Origin: an uncultured Acidobacteriota bacterium | GTDB taxonomy: Bacteria; Acidobacteriota; Terriglobia; Terriglobales; Acidobacteriaceae | Direction of reading: 5' to 3' | Assembly (NCBI GenBank): GCA_963701925.1 | Contig: CAVPBQ010000004.1 | Coordinates: 54,785 to 118,784, forward strand | DNA length: 64,000 nt | Shown here: piece by piece, positions 9,405-18,364 of the stretch | Position numbering within the stretch: position 1 is the first letter of the stretch | Layout: every line of letters starts with the position of its first letter | The notes under the pieces: model-generated | What the model saw: the letters and a program-made list of their open reading frames with translations, nothing else | Database searches by the model: none | What the model was told of the DNA's origin: nothing | Translations under genes and position numbers: made by a program

Positions 9405-9412
9405 GGATTTTG
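9405..9412. repeat. target-site duplication (right copy) GGATTTTG
   Basis: Identical to 8252-8259. Confidence 0.8.
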
Positions 9413-9475
9413 CAACAGTTGGCTTTCAGGTGATGACTGGCCTACACTGCCAAGTTCAAGGATGTTTGGTCGACT

Positions 9476-10123
9476 GTGAGAATCGTTCTGAAAGCATTGC
9501 TGGTGCTGGCGGCCTCTGCTGTGGTTATGCTCGCTGTCTGCCTGTACTGGTTCTTCCTCTATTCCGGTGACCTTCCGAATTTTGCGGCAGTGGCTAACTT
9601 TGCGGCGGACTCGCCTACGACCGTGTCTTCCCTCTGTTTCGGTAGTCCAGTACATGTCATTCCACCCACTTTGATAGGCAAGAACCTCCAGAATGCAGTT
9701 CGCGCTGCGGAAGGTAATAGCGACGATGTGTTGGCTCGCCAAATTTCATTCGACCTATTTTGTAATTCTCAAACAAGGATGTTGAAACGACACCTGCTGG
9801 AGTACAAAGCATCGGTCCAGATTCGGCGAAGGTTTACACCCGATCAACTGTTGACGATCTATCTAAATCGAGCATATTTCGCCAATGATCTCATCGGGGT
9901 CGAGAGTGCCTCTTTGCACTATTGCGGGAAGCCTGCTTCGGAGTTGGATGTTCCGCAGGCGGCGCTGATTGCCGGACTGATAAAGGCTCCGAGCATCTAC
10001 TCGCCTGAACGTCATCCCGACCGAGCGAAAGAGCGCAGAGATTTAGTAATTCAGGGAATGCTCAGGAACGGCTCTATCACTGCTCAACAGGCCCAAGCGG
10101 CGGAACAAACCGCGCTTCGCTGA
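9476..10123 (+). CDS. divergent GT51-like monofunctional peptidoglycan glycosyltransferase homolog
   Basis: N-terminal TM. LLTIYLNRAYFANDLIGVESASLHYCGKPASEL, PQAALIAGLIKAPSIYSP and RRDLVIQGM match GT51 motifs 4-5. Motifs 1-2 are degenerate (AAEGNSDD, no GxSTITQQ). GTG start. Confidence 0.55.
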   Translation: MRIVLKALLVLAASAVVMLAVCLYWFFLYSGDLPNFAAVANFAADSPTTVSSLCFGSPVHVIPPTLIGKNLQNAVRAAEGNSDDVLARQISFDLFCNSQTRMLKRHLLEYKASVQIRRRFTPDQLLTIYLNRAYFANDLIGVESASLHYCGKPASELDVPQAALIAGLIKAPSIYSPERHPDRAKERRDLVIQGMLRNGSITAQQAQAAEQTALR

Positions 10124-10185
10124 TTCGCAGGTTCTTGTCAACTGACGAAAGCAGGCGATAGCACTCATTGTTGCCCTTCACTCAA

Positions 10186-11310
10186 TCAATAAGTGACGCC
10201 GCGCTCCGCCACGCTTATCGCCGCCGCGAACGCGTCCAGCGAAAGTGACCGCAGCAGGTTCCGCCGCATCCCGCGCTCGACCTCGGCCAACCGGTCGGAC
10301 GCCATCGTAATCCAATCGAAATCGATCGCCTCCGCCAGGCGTTTGAGTTCGGACGAAATGTCCGTATTGCGGACCATCTCCGGCGCGCCCGATTCGAGGA
10401 AAATCAGATCGCGCAGCAGCGAGTACAGCGTCCGGATCAACTTCTCTGTCTTCTCTCTGCCTTCCGCGCCCGGGCGATAGGACTCGGTGACCTTGAACAA
10501 CTCGCTGTGCTCGCCGCCGCGGACCGCAGAATTCAATATCGCCAACGCATGCGCTCGAGCGGCGACATAGCCTTCCAGATCGAAGCCCCGCGCCCGTCCT
10601 ACCGCACCTTCCGAGAGCCGCGCCACCAAAGCCCGCTGCGGCGCCTTCCACTCCGGATGTCGCTCCGCCAGATCGCGCTCGATCTCTTCCGTGGTCAGCG
10701 CGCCCAGCATGAACACCATCGACCGTGAGCGGATCGTCGGCAGCAGTTCTCCCGGATTCTCCGTCAGCAGAAAAATCGTCGCGAACTCCGGGGGCTCTTC
10801 CAACACCTTCAGCAGCGAGTTCGCCGCCTCTTTCATGAACGCCGAGTCGGTGAAGATGTACACCCGTTCCCTGCCCTCGGCCGGACGGTAATAAATCGTC
10901 TCTATCACGCGCCGCACCTGATCCACCTTGATCATCATCTGCGGCGGATCCGGCGGGATGACCAGCACATCGGGATGTGTCTGCACGAACAGGCGCGTTT
11001 CTTTCTTGTCGGTCTCGCGCAGGTTCTCGCGCGCCTCGACCGCTTCCGCAAATCGCGTCTCCAGATCGGCCGCCTGCGCGATCCGGATACAGTTGGAGCA
11101 CTTGCCGCAGAAATCCGGCAGGCCGTCGGTCTCCGTCGGCGAAAGGCAGTTCAATGCCTGCGCCAGCATCAGCGCCAGCGTGTACTTGCCCGATCCTCGC
11201 CCGCCCGCCAGCACCACGGCGTGCGGAAACCGTTCCCGCGCCAGCATGTCGCGCAGCCGATGCACGATCTCCGCGTTGCCTTGAAAATCAGAAAACATAA
11301 CCATCCACAT
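10186..11310 (-). CDS. holB: DNA polymerase III subunit delta prime
   Basis: HAVVLAGGRGSGKYTLALMLAQALNC, CGKCSNCIRI zinc module and IFTDSAFM sensor region. Confidence 0.85.
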   Translation of the reverse strand: MWMVMFSDFQGNAEIVHRLRDMLARERFPHAVVLAGGRGSGKYTLALMLAQALNCLSPTETDGLPDFCGKCSNCIRIAQAADLETRFAEAVEARENLRETDKKETRLFVQTHPDVLVIPPDPPQMMIKVDQVRRVIETIYYRPAEGRERVYIFTDSAFMKEAANSLLKVLEEPPEFATIFLLTENPGELLPTIRSRSMVFMLGALTTEEIERDLAERHPEWKAPQRALVARLSEGAVGRARGFDLEGYVAARAHALAILNSAVRGGEHSELFKVTESYRPGAEGREKTEKLIRTLYSLLRDLIFLESGAPEMVRNTDISSELKRLAEAIDFDWITMASDRLAEVERGMRRNLLRSLSLDAFAAAISVAERGVTY

Positions 11311-11316
11311 TCATCG

Positions 11317-11420
11317 TCTGTCATCCTGAGCGGAGTTGTCATCCGCGAAGCGGATGACAGCGCAGTCGAAGGATCCCTCGCAGTCTCGCGCTACAACCAG
11401 CCTCGCGAGGAATCTCAAGG
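11317..11420. repeat. family C repeat (TCTGTCATCCTGAGCGGAG-hairpin-CGCAGTCGAAGGAYCCC), intergenic copy
   Basis: Shares 19-nt and 17-nt blocks with 16848-16910. The central hairpin is TGTCATCCGC-GAA-GCGGATGACA. Confidence 0.7.
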
Positions 11421-11436
11421 ACCTATCCTCCCATTC

Positions 11437-12111
11437 CTACAACTTCAACTTCCTCCTCACCAACTCTACAATCTTCTGATGCGTCTCCCCCGGCGTCCCG
11501 CGCGCGTCCACCATCACCATCCGCCCGGGCTCCCGCCGCGCAATCGCCGCATAGCCTTCCCGCACTCGCGCGAAAAATGTCGCCGTCTCCTGCTCAAAGC
11601 GATTCTCGTCAGGTGCATGCCCCGCATTCCTCCGCGCAATCTGGTTACGCCGCCGCGCTCGCGAAAGGCTTGCCGCTGGGTTCGAGTCCATCAGAATCGT
11701 CAAGTCCGGATTCAAATTCCCGCACAACACGCGATGCAACTCCAGCACTGGCCTGTTGCCCAACTTCCGTCCGCTCCCCTGATACGCCTCGGTCGAATCC
11801 GTGAAACGATCGCACAGCACAATGCTTCCCGCCGCCAGCGCCGGCTCAATCAACTCCGTAATATGTTGCGCCCGTGACGCGAACATCAGCGCCATCTCCG
11901 CCAGCGGCGCCAGTCCCGCCGTATTCGAATCCAGCAGCACCTTGCGAATTCTCTCGCCCGTGGCTGTGCCGCCCGGCTCCCGCGTCTCCACCACTTTGTG
12001 TCCGGCAGCGCGCAGCACGGCCGCGAGCTTTCGCATCTGCGTGCTCTTGCCCGTGCCGTCGAGCCCTTCGAAGGTGATGAATTTTCCCCGCCTCGACATC
12101 TGCCGCATCAT
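11437..12111 (-). CDS. tmk: thymidylate kinase
   Basis: GKFITFEGLDGTGKSTQ P-loop and DRFTDST lid region. Confidence 0.9.
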   Translation of the reverse strand: MMRQMSRRGKFITFEGLDGTGKSTQMRKLAAVLRAAGHKVVETREPGGTATGERIRKVLLDSNTAGLAPLAEMALMFASRAQHITELIEPALAAGSIVLCDRFTDSTEAYQGSGRKLGNRPVLELHRVLCGNLNPDLTILMDSNPAASLSRARRRNQIARRNAGHAPDENRFEQETATFFARVREGYAAIARREPGRMVMVDARGTPGETHQKIVELVRRKLKL

Positions 12112-12149
12112 AGCAGCGCCGGCCGTTCAGAAATACTCCGCCAGCCACT

Positions 12150-12794
12150 TCAATCAGCCGGGCCGGCAAAGAGGATCAGATTCTCGTCGGGATCCGAAAC
12201 CACAAAAGTTCTGGCCCCCCAAGGTTCCTTCTTCAGTGCCTGATCGAACGAGACTCCGGCCGCCTGATAACTCAGAAACAGTTGTTTGATTTCCTCCGTG
12301 GTGGCAACCGTGATGGTAGCGGAGAGCAAATGCTCGCGCTTGCGAACATCGCCAGCGAACACCGGTTCCGCGACCAGCCTCAGGTTGAGCCTCGCATGGT
12401 CGCGCCGGACCTGCCCGTAGAAGGGCGGATCGCCATAAACGAATTCCACCCTGAAGCCGAGCAGGTTTGTATAGAAATCGCAAGAATGCTTGATGTTCGC
12501 GACGTAGAGTTGCGCCTCAATGGAATTGAGAATGGGATGCGGCGTCTCTTTGGGTTTGTCGATCACGGCATCTGCTCCTGATTTGAGCGCCTGCCATCCC
12601 TTGAACCCCATCTGCCGCGCCACCAGTTCCTGGGCATCGGCAAGCTTAAACTTCGCCTCCAGTATCTGCTCGTCGGTGAACTGGCGAAACCGCGGCAGCG
12701 CCGCCCTGATTTGAGCTGCGACCGGATAATATTTCTCGCGGTGCCAACGCAGATATTGTTTGGCTTGCTTCCTGAGGTTTTCGAGGTTCGGCAT
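12150..12794 (-). CDS. VOC (glyoxalase/bleomycin-resistance fold) family protein with N-terminal helical extension
   Basis: The C-terminal half (LYVANIKHSCDFYTNLLGFRV ... FVVSDPDENLILFA) looks like a VOC beta-alpha-beta-beta-beta module. Start taken at MPNLENL. Confidence 0.6.
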   Translation of the reverse strand: MPNLENLRKQAKQYLRWHREKYYPVAAQIRAALPRFRQFTDEQILEAKFKLADAQELVARQMGFKGWQALKSGADAVIDKPKETPHPILNSIEAQLYVANIKHSCDFYTNLLGFRVEFVYGDPPFYGQVRRDHARLNLRLVAEPVFAGDVRKREHLLSATITVATTEEIKQLFLSYQAAGVSFDQALKKEPWGARTFVVSDPDENLILFAGPAD

Positions 12795-13026
12795 AGGCGC
12801 AATTGTGTTCCTATGTAGGCGGGCGTTGCCCTTTCGCAATGACCACTCACCGATGCGCCCTACGCCGCACGAAAATATTGCCTCGGCAGAATTCAGTTGT
12901 CAACCGATGCGTCTCGACCCGCGACCTCTGTACGATCGCCCTCTGCGGCTGTTATATTCGTAATCTCTGCCACCGCAATTTCCGTATCGCGAATCTGTGT
13001 TTCAAATACATGGGGGAACAGGACCA

Positions 13027-14904
13027 ATGAAGCTCTCGAAAGCCTGGGGAGTCGTATGCTTTGCCATGCTGGCAGTTTCCGGATGGTGCGCAACTGCGCC
13101 CGCCGGCGCGCCCACCATCAGCATCTCAGTCGATGCCACACACGCGCCTCGCAAGATTTTCCACGCCTCGCTGAAAATTCCAGCGAGCCCCGGCGACCTC
13201 ACCCTCTACTATCCCAAGTGGATCCCCGGCGAACACGCGCCCGACGGCCCCGTCATCGACCTTGCCGGATTATTTTTCCGCGCCGCCGGCCACGATCTCA
13301 AATGGCGCCGCGACACGCTCGACGGCTTCACCATTCACGTCGAAGTTCCTGCAGGCGTGAATGAAGTGGACGCCGAGCTCGACTTCCTTTCTCCCGCAAC
13401 TTTCGAAGGCGGATTCTCCGCCGGCTCCTCCGCCACAGACAAGCTTGCCATCATCAGCTGGAATCAGGTTCTGCTCTATCCCAAAGGATGGAAAGCCGAC
13501 GAGATCAACTACACCCCCAGCCTGAAGCTGCCCGAAGGCTGGAAGTTCGGCACGCCGCTGCCCGTCGCCAGCCAGAGCGAAAATGAAGTTCATTTTTCGA
13601 CTGTGCCGCTCACCACGCTGGTCGACTCCCCCGTCATCACCGGAGAATTTCTGAAAATCGTTCCTCTCGCCCAGGATCCGCCCACCGAGATGGACATCGC
13701 CGCCGACGCGGCCGCCGATCTCGATGCCCCCAAGGAAGTCTGGGATCACTACAAGAGTCTGGTCGACCAGGCGCAGAAACTTTTTGGCGCCCATCACTAC
13801 CGCGACTATCACTTTCTCTACACCTTGAGCGATCACGTGGCGCACTTCGGCCTCGAGCATCACGAATCCGACGACAGCCGCGTCGACGAACGCGCCCTCG
13901 TCGACGATACCGACCGCAAACTTTCCGCCGGGCTTCTGCCCCACGAATACGTGCACTCGTGGAATGGAAAATATCGCCGCCCCGCCGACTTGGCCACGCC
14001 CGACTACGAGCAGCCCATGCAGGACGATCTGCTCTGGGTCTACGAAGGCCTGACTAACTATCTGGGATTCGTGCTCACCGCGCGCAGCGGCCTGCTCACC
14101 GCCGATCAGGATCGCGATGACCTTGCCATCACCGCTGCCGGCCTCGATCACGAGCCGGGACGCATCTGGCGCAACTTGCAGGACACCGCTGACGCTGCGC
14201 CCGAACTTTATTTCGCTCCGCAGGCCTGGTACTCATGGCGCCGCGGCACTGATTTTTATTCTGAGGACACGCTCAACTGGCTCTGGGTCGACGTCATCAT
14301 TCGCCAGCAGAGCAAGGGCGCGAAGTCGATCGACGATTTCTGTCACATTTTTCATGGCCCACCCAGCACCGGTCCGGCCCTGAAGACCTACACTTTCGAC
14401 GACGTCGTCAACGCCCTCAATCAGGTCGCACCCTACGACTGGCGCGGCTTCTGGACCGAGCGCCTGACCACCCATGCTCCCCGCGCGCCCCTGGGCGGCA
14501 TCGAAGGCAGCGGATGGAAGGTTGTCTACGACCAAACCCCTTCTGACATGATGAGCAGCCAGGCCGGCATGTATCACTTTGTCCCAGCGGCATTCGCGCT
14601 GGGATTGAGTCTTCGAGACGATGGAGGAATTTCCGACGTCATCGAAGGCGAACTCTCCGCCAAGGCCGGCATCGGCCCCGGAATGAAAGTGGTCGCCGTA
14701 AACGGCCGCCGCTTCTCGCCCGAAGTTCTGCGCGACGCTATCAAAACCGCGAAGAACGCAACCGCGCCCATCGAACTGCTCATCGAGAGCGACGAGTATT
14801 ATAAAACCTACAAGCTCGATTACCACGGCGGCGAAATGTACCCCCACCTGGTCCGCGACGATTCAAAACCAGATCTGCTGGGCGAGATATTGAAGGCGAA
14901 GTAA
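13027..14904 (+). CDS. M61 family glycyl aminopeptidase-like metallopeptidase with C-terminal PDZ
   Basis: LPHEYVHSWNGKYRRP (HExxH), signal peptide and C-terminal GIGPGMKVVAVNGRRF PDZ-like segment. Confidence 0.8.
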   Translation: MKLSKAWGVVCFAMLAVSGWCATAPAGAPTISISVDATHAPRKIFHASLKIPASPGDLTLYYPKWIPGEHAPDGPVIDLAGLFFRAAGHDLKWRRDTLDGFTIHVEVPAGVNEVDAELDFLSPATFEGGFSAGSSATDKLAIISWNQVLLYPKGWKADEINYTPSLKLPEGWKFGTPLPVASQSENEVHFSTVPLTTLVDSPVITGEFLKIVPLAQDPPTEMDIAADAAADLDAPKEVWDHYKSLVDQAQKLFGAHHYRDYHFLYTLSDHVAHFGLEHHESDDSRVDERALVDDTDRKLSAGLLPHEYVHSWNGKYRRPADLATPDYEQPMQDDLLWVYEGLTNYLGFVLTARSGLLTADQDRDDLAITAAGLDHEPGRIWRNLQDTADAAPELYFAPQAWYSWRRGTDFYSEDTLNWLWVDVIIRQQSKGAKSIDDFCHIFHGPPSTGPALKTYTFDDVVNALNQVAPYDWRGFWTERLTTHAPRAPLGGIEGSGWKVVYDQTPSDMMSSQAGMYHFVPAAFALGLSLRDDGGISDVIEGELSAKAGIGPGMKVVAVNGRRFSPEVLRDAIKTAKNATAPIELLIESDEYYKTYKLDYHGGEMYPHLVRDDSKPDLLGEILKAK

Positions 14905-14930
14905 CTAGGAAAGGACGTGGATGCAAGAGG

Positions 14931-15050
14931 AGGTGGAAGAGCGGCCCTTTAGGGCCGCGTCAAGCATTCTCACACCCCGCGGGCTTTAGCCCTGACCCCG
15001 GGTGCCCCATTCTAAACTCGCGCCTTTTGCGAGTTTAGAGTTGGGACTTT
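14931..15050. repeat. composite palindromic repeat block (families A and E)
   Basis: GTGGAAGAGCGGCCCTTTAGGGCCGCGT (compare 22063-22090), GGGCTTTAGCCC, and GGTGCCCCATTCT + hairpin (compare 2695-2744). Confidence 0.7.
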
Positions 15051-15095
15051 GACTTTGTTCCCTCCTCGTACTCCTGAGTTACAATCACTCCGCCC

Positions 15096-17366
15096 ATGCA
15101 CCTCTCCCGAGCGTCCCTCCTTTTACTCCTGCTCTCCTGCGCGCAAGCCCAATCCATCCTCGGCTTCACTCCCTACAACTCTTCCCGCGAAGCAGAAATC
15201 GAAACCAAATTCGAATCCATTCCCACTCCCGACGAAGAACGCCGCCAGCACCGCATCTTCACCGCCCAGCCCCACCTCGCCGGATCGAAGCGCAACAACG
15301 AACTCGCCGACTACATCGCCGACCAGTGGCGCGCCCAGGGACTTTCCGACGTCATCATTCGCCGCTACGACGTCTACGGCACCAATCCCAAGAGCGCGTC
15401 GCTCGAGATGATCGCGCCCACACACTATCAGGCTACGTTGCGCGAGGCTCCGCTCGACGCCGACCCTGACTCGCAAAGTTCCGGCATCAGCGGCGCATGG
15501 CTCGGCATGTCGATCTCCGGTGAAGTCACCGCGCCCGTGGTCTACGCCCACAGCGGCAATCCCGAAGATTACGATCTGCTGCGCAAGAACGGCATCGACG
15601 TCAAAGGCAAAATCGTTCTCGTGCGCTATTCCAATCCCTACAGCTATCGCGGATTCAAGGCGCTCACCGCGCAGCGCGAAGGCGCCGCCGCGATTCTCAT
15701 TTATAGCGATCCCGCCGAAGACGGATACAAAAAAGGCAAGGTCGATCCCGATGGCCCCTGGGGCCCCGAATATCACATTCAGCGCGGCGCCATCACCTAC
15801 GACTTCATGGTTCCCGGCGATCCCCAGACTCCGGGCTGGGCCTCGATCCCCGGAGCGAAGCGCATTCCCCTCGAGCAAGCGGCGTCCGTGCCGAAAATTA
15901 TGGCGCTGCCGCTCTCCTGGCACGACGCCAAGCCGCTGCTCGAAAACTTAGATGGCCCGCCCGCTCCAGAAAATTGGCAAGGCGGATTGCCCTTTCAATA
16001 TCACCTCGGCGGCGACCGCGTGAAAGTCCATCTCAAAATCGAAATGGACAATGGCACGCAACCCTACTACGTCGTCGAAGGCCGCATCCGCGGCTCCGAG
16101 TTGCCCGATGAATGGATCGTCCTCGGCAATCACCGCGACGCCTGGGTCTTCGGCGGCGTCGATCCCTCCAGCGGCACCGCGTCGATGATGGAACTCACGC
16201 GCGCCCTCGGACAGCTTGCCCAGCAAGGCATGCGGCCGCGCCGCACCATCGTCGTCTGCAGTTGGGACGGTGAAGAGGTCGGCCTCACTGGCTCCACGGA
16301 GTGGGGAGAGCAATTCGCCAAGGAACTGAAAGAGAAGGGAGTCGCCTACATCAACGTAGACGAAGCCACCTCCGGCCCGAATTTCCATGGCCAGGCAGTC
16401 GCGTCGCTCGCACCTATGCTCGAAGAAACCACGCGCAGCTTGCAGGATCCATCCGGAAAAAGTCTGTACGACGCATGGAAGGCGACGACCGAACGCGAAA
16501 AAGAAACGAAACAATCCGGCCCATTCAATTCCGGCGCCGCCAACTCAACCCTCACCGACACCCGCATCGGCAGCGGCTCCGATCACACCGTCTTTCTCAA
16601 CTTCATCGGCATGCCCGTCATCGGCCTGGGATTCGAAGGCGACTACGGCGTCTACCATTCCGCCTACGACGACTTTTTCTGGATGAACAAATTTGGCGAT
16701 CCCGGCTACCACTATCACACCTTGATGTCGCAACTATGGGGCGTAACTGCGCTGCGTCTCGCCAACGCCGATCTGCTCCCCTTCGACTTCGCAACGTATG
16801 CAGAAAACATTCGCCAATTCGTAAATGAGCTCGCGGGCAAAAATAAATCTGTCATCCTGAGCGGAGCGGGGAATTCGCGAAGCGAAATCACCCCGCAGTC
16901 GAAGGACCCCGTTCCAGCCTGCACCACCTGCAACCCATCCGGGAGTTCTCAGGGATTTTTTTCGCATCCTTCGGAGGCGTTACCTCAAGCCGCCACTCTC
17001 GACCTGACGGCAGTCGCAAAAGCCATCGACGCCTTCGAAGCCGCCGGGAAAAAGCTCAACCAATCCCTCACCCGCAAGCTCGCCACCGGCCAGGTCGATC
17101 CCAAACTTGCCGCCACGCTCAACCGCGGCATGATGCAAGTCGAACGCAACTGGCTTAACCCCGACGGCATCCCCGGACGCCCCTGGTTCAAGCACATGCT
17201 TTACGGCGCCCGCTTCACCTACGCGCATCTCGAACTGCCCGGCCTCACCGAAGCGGTCGAAAAGCAAGACTGGCCGACGGCCCGCCAACAAGCCGAACTT
17301 CTTCAGCGCGCTCTAGAAAAAAATACCAAGCTGCTCAACGAACTCACCGCACACCTCCCTCACTGA
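15096..17366 (+). CDS. M28 family peptidase, glutamate carboxypeptidase II / transferrin-receptor-like (PA + M28 + TfR-dimer)
   Basis: GNHRDAWVFGGVDPSSGTASMMEL, CSWDGEEVGLTGSTEW and GSGSDHTVF metal-ligand motifs. C-terminal NPDGIPGRPWFKHMLYG TfR-like helices. Confidence 0.85.
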   Translation: MHLSRASLLLLLLSCAQAQSILGFTPYNSSREAEIETKFESIPTPDEERRQHRIFTAQPHLAGSKRNNELADYIADQWRAQGLSDVIIRRYDVYGTNPKSASLEMIAPTHYQATLREAPLDADPDSQSSGISGAWLGMSISGEVTAPVVYAHSGNPEDYDLLRKNGIDVKGKIVLVRYSNPYSYRGFKALTAQREGAAAILIYSDPAEDGYKKGKVDPDGPWGPEYHIQRGAITYDFMVPGDPQTPGWASIPGAKRIPLEQAASVPKIMALPLSWHDAKPLLENLDGPPAPENWQGGLPFQYHLGGDRVKVHLKIEMDNGTQPYYVVEGRIRGSELPDEWIVLGNHRDAWVFGGVDPSSGTASMMELTRALGQLAQQGMRPRRTIVVCSWDGEEVGLTGSTEWGEQFAKELKEKGVAYINVDEATSGPNFHGQAVASLAPMLEETTRSLQDPSGKSLYDAWKATTEREKETKQSGPFNSGAANSTLTDTRIGSGSDHTVFLNFIGMPVIGLGFEGDYGVYHSAYDDFFWMNKFGDPGYHYHTLMSQLWGVTALRLANADLLPFDFATYAENIRQFVNELAGKNKSVILSGAGNSRSEITPQSKDPVPACTTCNPSGSSQGFFSHPSEALPQAATLDLTAVAKAIDAFEAAGKKLNQSLTRKLATGQVDPKLAATLNRGMMQVERNWLNPDGIPGRPWFKHMLYGARFTYAHLELPGLTEAVEKQDWPTARQQAELLQRALEKNTKLLNELTAHLPH
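16848..16980. repeat. family C repeat copy lying inside the M28 peptidase CDS (read in frame)
   Basis: TCTGTCATCCTGAGCGGAG (16848-16866) and CGCAGTCGAAGGACCCC (16894-16910) match the intergenic copy at 11317-11377. Confidence 0.7.
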
Positions 17367-17472
17367 CATCTCAAAAAAAAACAAGAACCCCTTCAACGAG
17401 CCCGGCAATCTAACTCACTACTTAGGGCCCTCGGTAAAACTAATTGTTCCCAAAGCCAAGAGGAGGCTTTCC

Positions 17473-18351
17473 ATGTCCTACGTTGAAGTTGGAAAAGAAA
17501 ATTCCACGCCCATTCACCTTTACTACGAAGATCACGGCTCCGGCCAGCCCGTCGTTCTGATTCACGGATATCCACTAAGCGGCGCGTCCTGGGAAAAGCA
17601 AATTCCTGTCCTGCTGCAAGCCGGACATCGCGTCATCGCCTACGACCGCCGCGGATTCGGCAAGTCCAGCCAGCCCACCACCGGCTACAACTACGACACC
17701 TTCGCCGACGATCTGCACAAAATCATTTCGCATCTCGGCTTGCATAATTTCACGCTCGTCGGATTTTCCATGGGCGGCGGCGAAGTCGCGCGCTACATCG
17801 GCAAGTACGGATCGAAGAACGTCAGCAAAGCCGTCATCATGAGCGGCGTGCCGCCCTACCTGCTGAAGACCGCCGACAATCCCGAGGGCGTCGACGGCTC
17901 GGTCTTCGCCGGCATCGAGAAAGCTGTTGCCGCCGATCGTTACGCCTTCTTCACCGCGTTCTTCAAGGACTTCTACAACGCTGACGTCTATCTCGGTAAG
18001 CGCGTCAGCGAGCAGGTGATACAGGCCAGCTGGAATGTCGCTTCTATCGCGTCGGCCACCGCCAGCCTCGCCTGCGTCCCCACGTGGGGTGAAGATTTCC
18101 GCAAAGACGTGGCCAAAATTGACGTCCCCACACTAGTCATTCAGGGCGACGCCGACCGCATCGTGCCCTTCGCCTCCTCCGGCCAGCGCACCGCCAAGCT
18201 GATCAAGGGCGCCGAATTGCACATCATCAAAGACGGCCCCCACAACATCGCCTGGACCCACGCCGACGAAGTGAACCAAGCACTGCTGAAATTCCTCGGA
18301 GCCTCAAAGGCACCGGGCCAGTCCTCAGAGCGCAAGAAGCAAGTCGCCTGA
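17473..18351 (+). CDS. alpha/beta hydrolase, cofactor-free (non-heme) haloperoxidase/perhydrolase type
   Basis: LYYEDHGSGQPVVLIHGYPLSGASWEKQ ... DRRGFGKSSQPTTGYNYDTFADDL ... GFSMGGGE closely resembles bacterial non-heme chloro/bromoperoxidases as I recall them. Confidence 0.8.
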   Translation: MSYVEVGKENSTPIHLYYEDHGSGQPVVLIHGYPLSGASWEKQIPVLLQAGHRVIAYDRRGFGKSSQPTTGYNYDTFADDLHKIISHLGLHNFTLVGFSMGGGEVARYIGKYGSKNVSKAVIMSGVPPYLLKTADNPEGVDGSVFAGIEKAVAADRYAFFTAFFKDFYNADVYLGKRVSEQVIQASWNVASIASATASLACVPTWGEDFRKDVAKIDVPTLVIQGDADRIVPFASSGQRTAKLIKGAELHIIKDGPHNIAWTHADEVNQALLKFLGASKAPGQSSERKKQVA

Positions 18352-18364
18352 GCCGAAGCAACGA

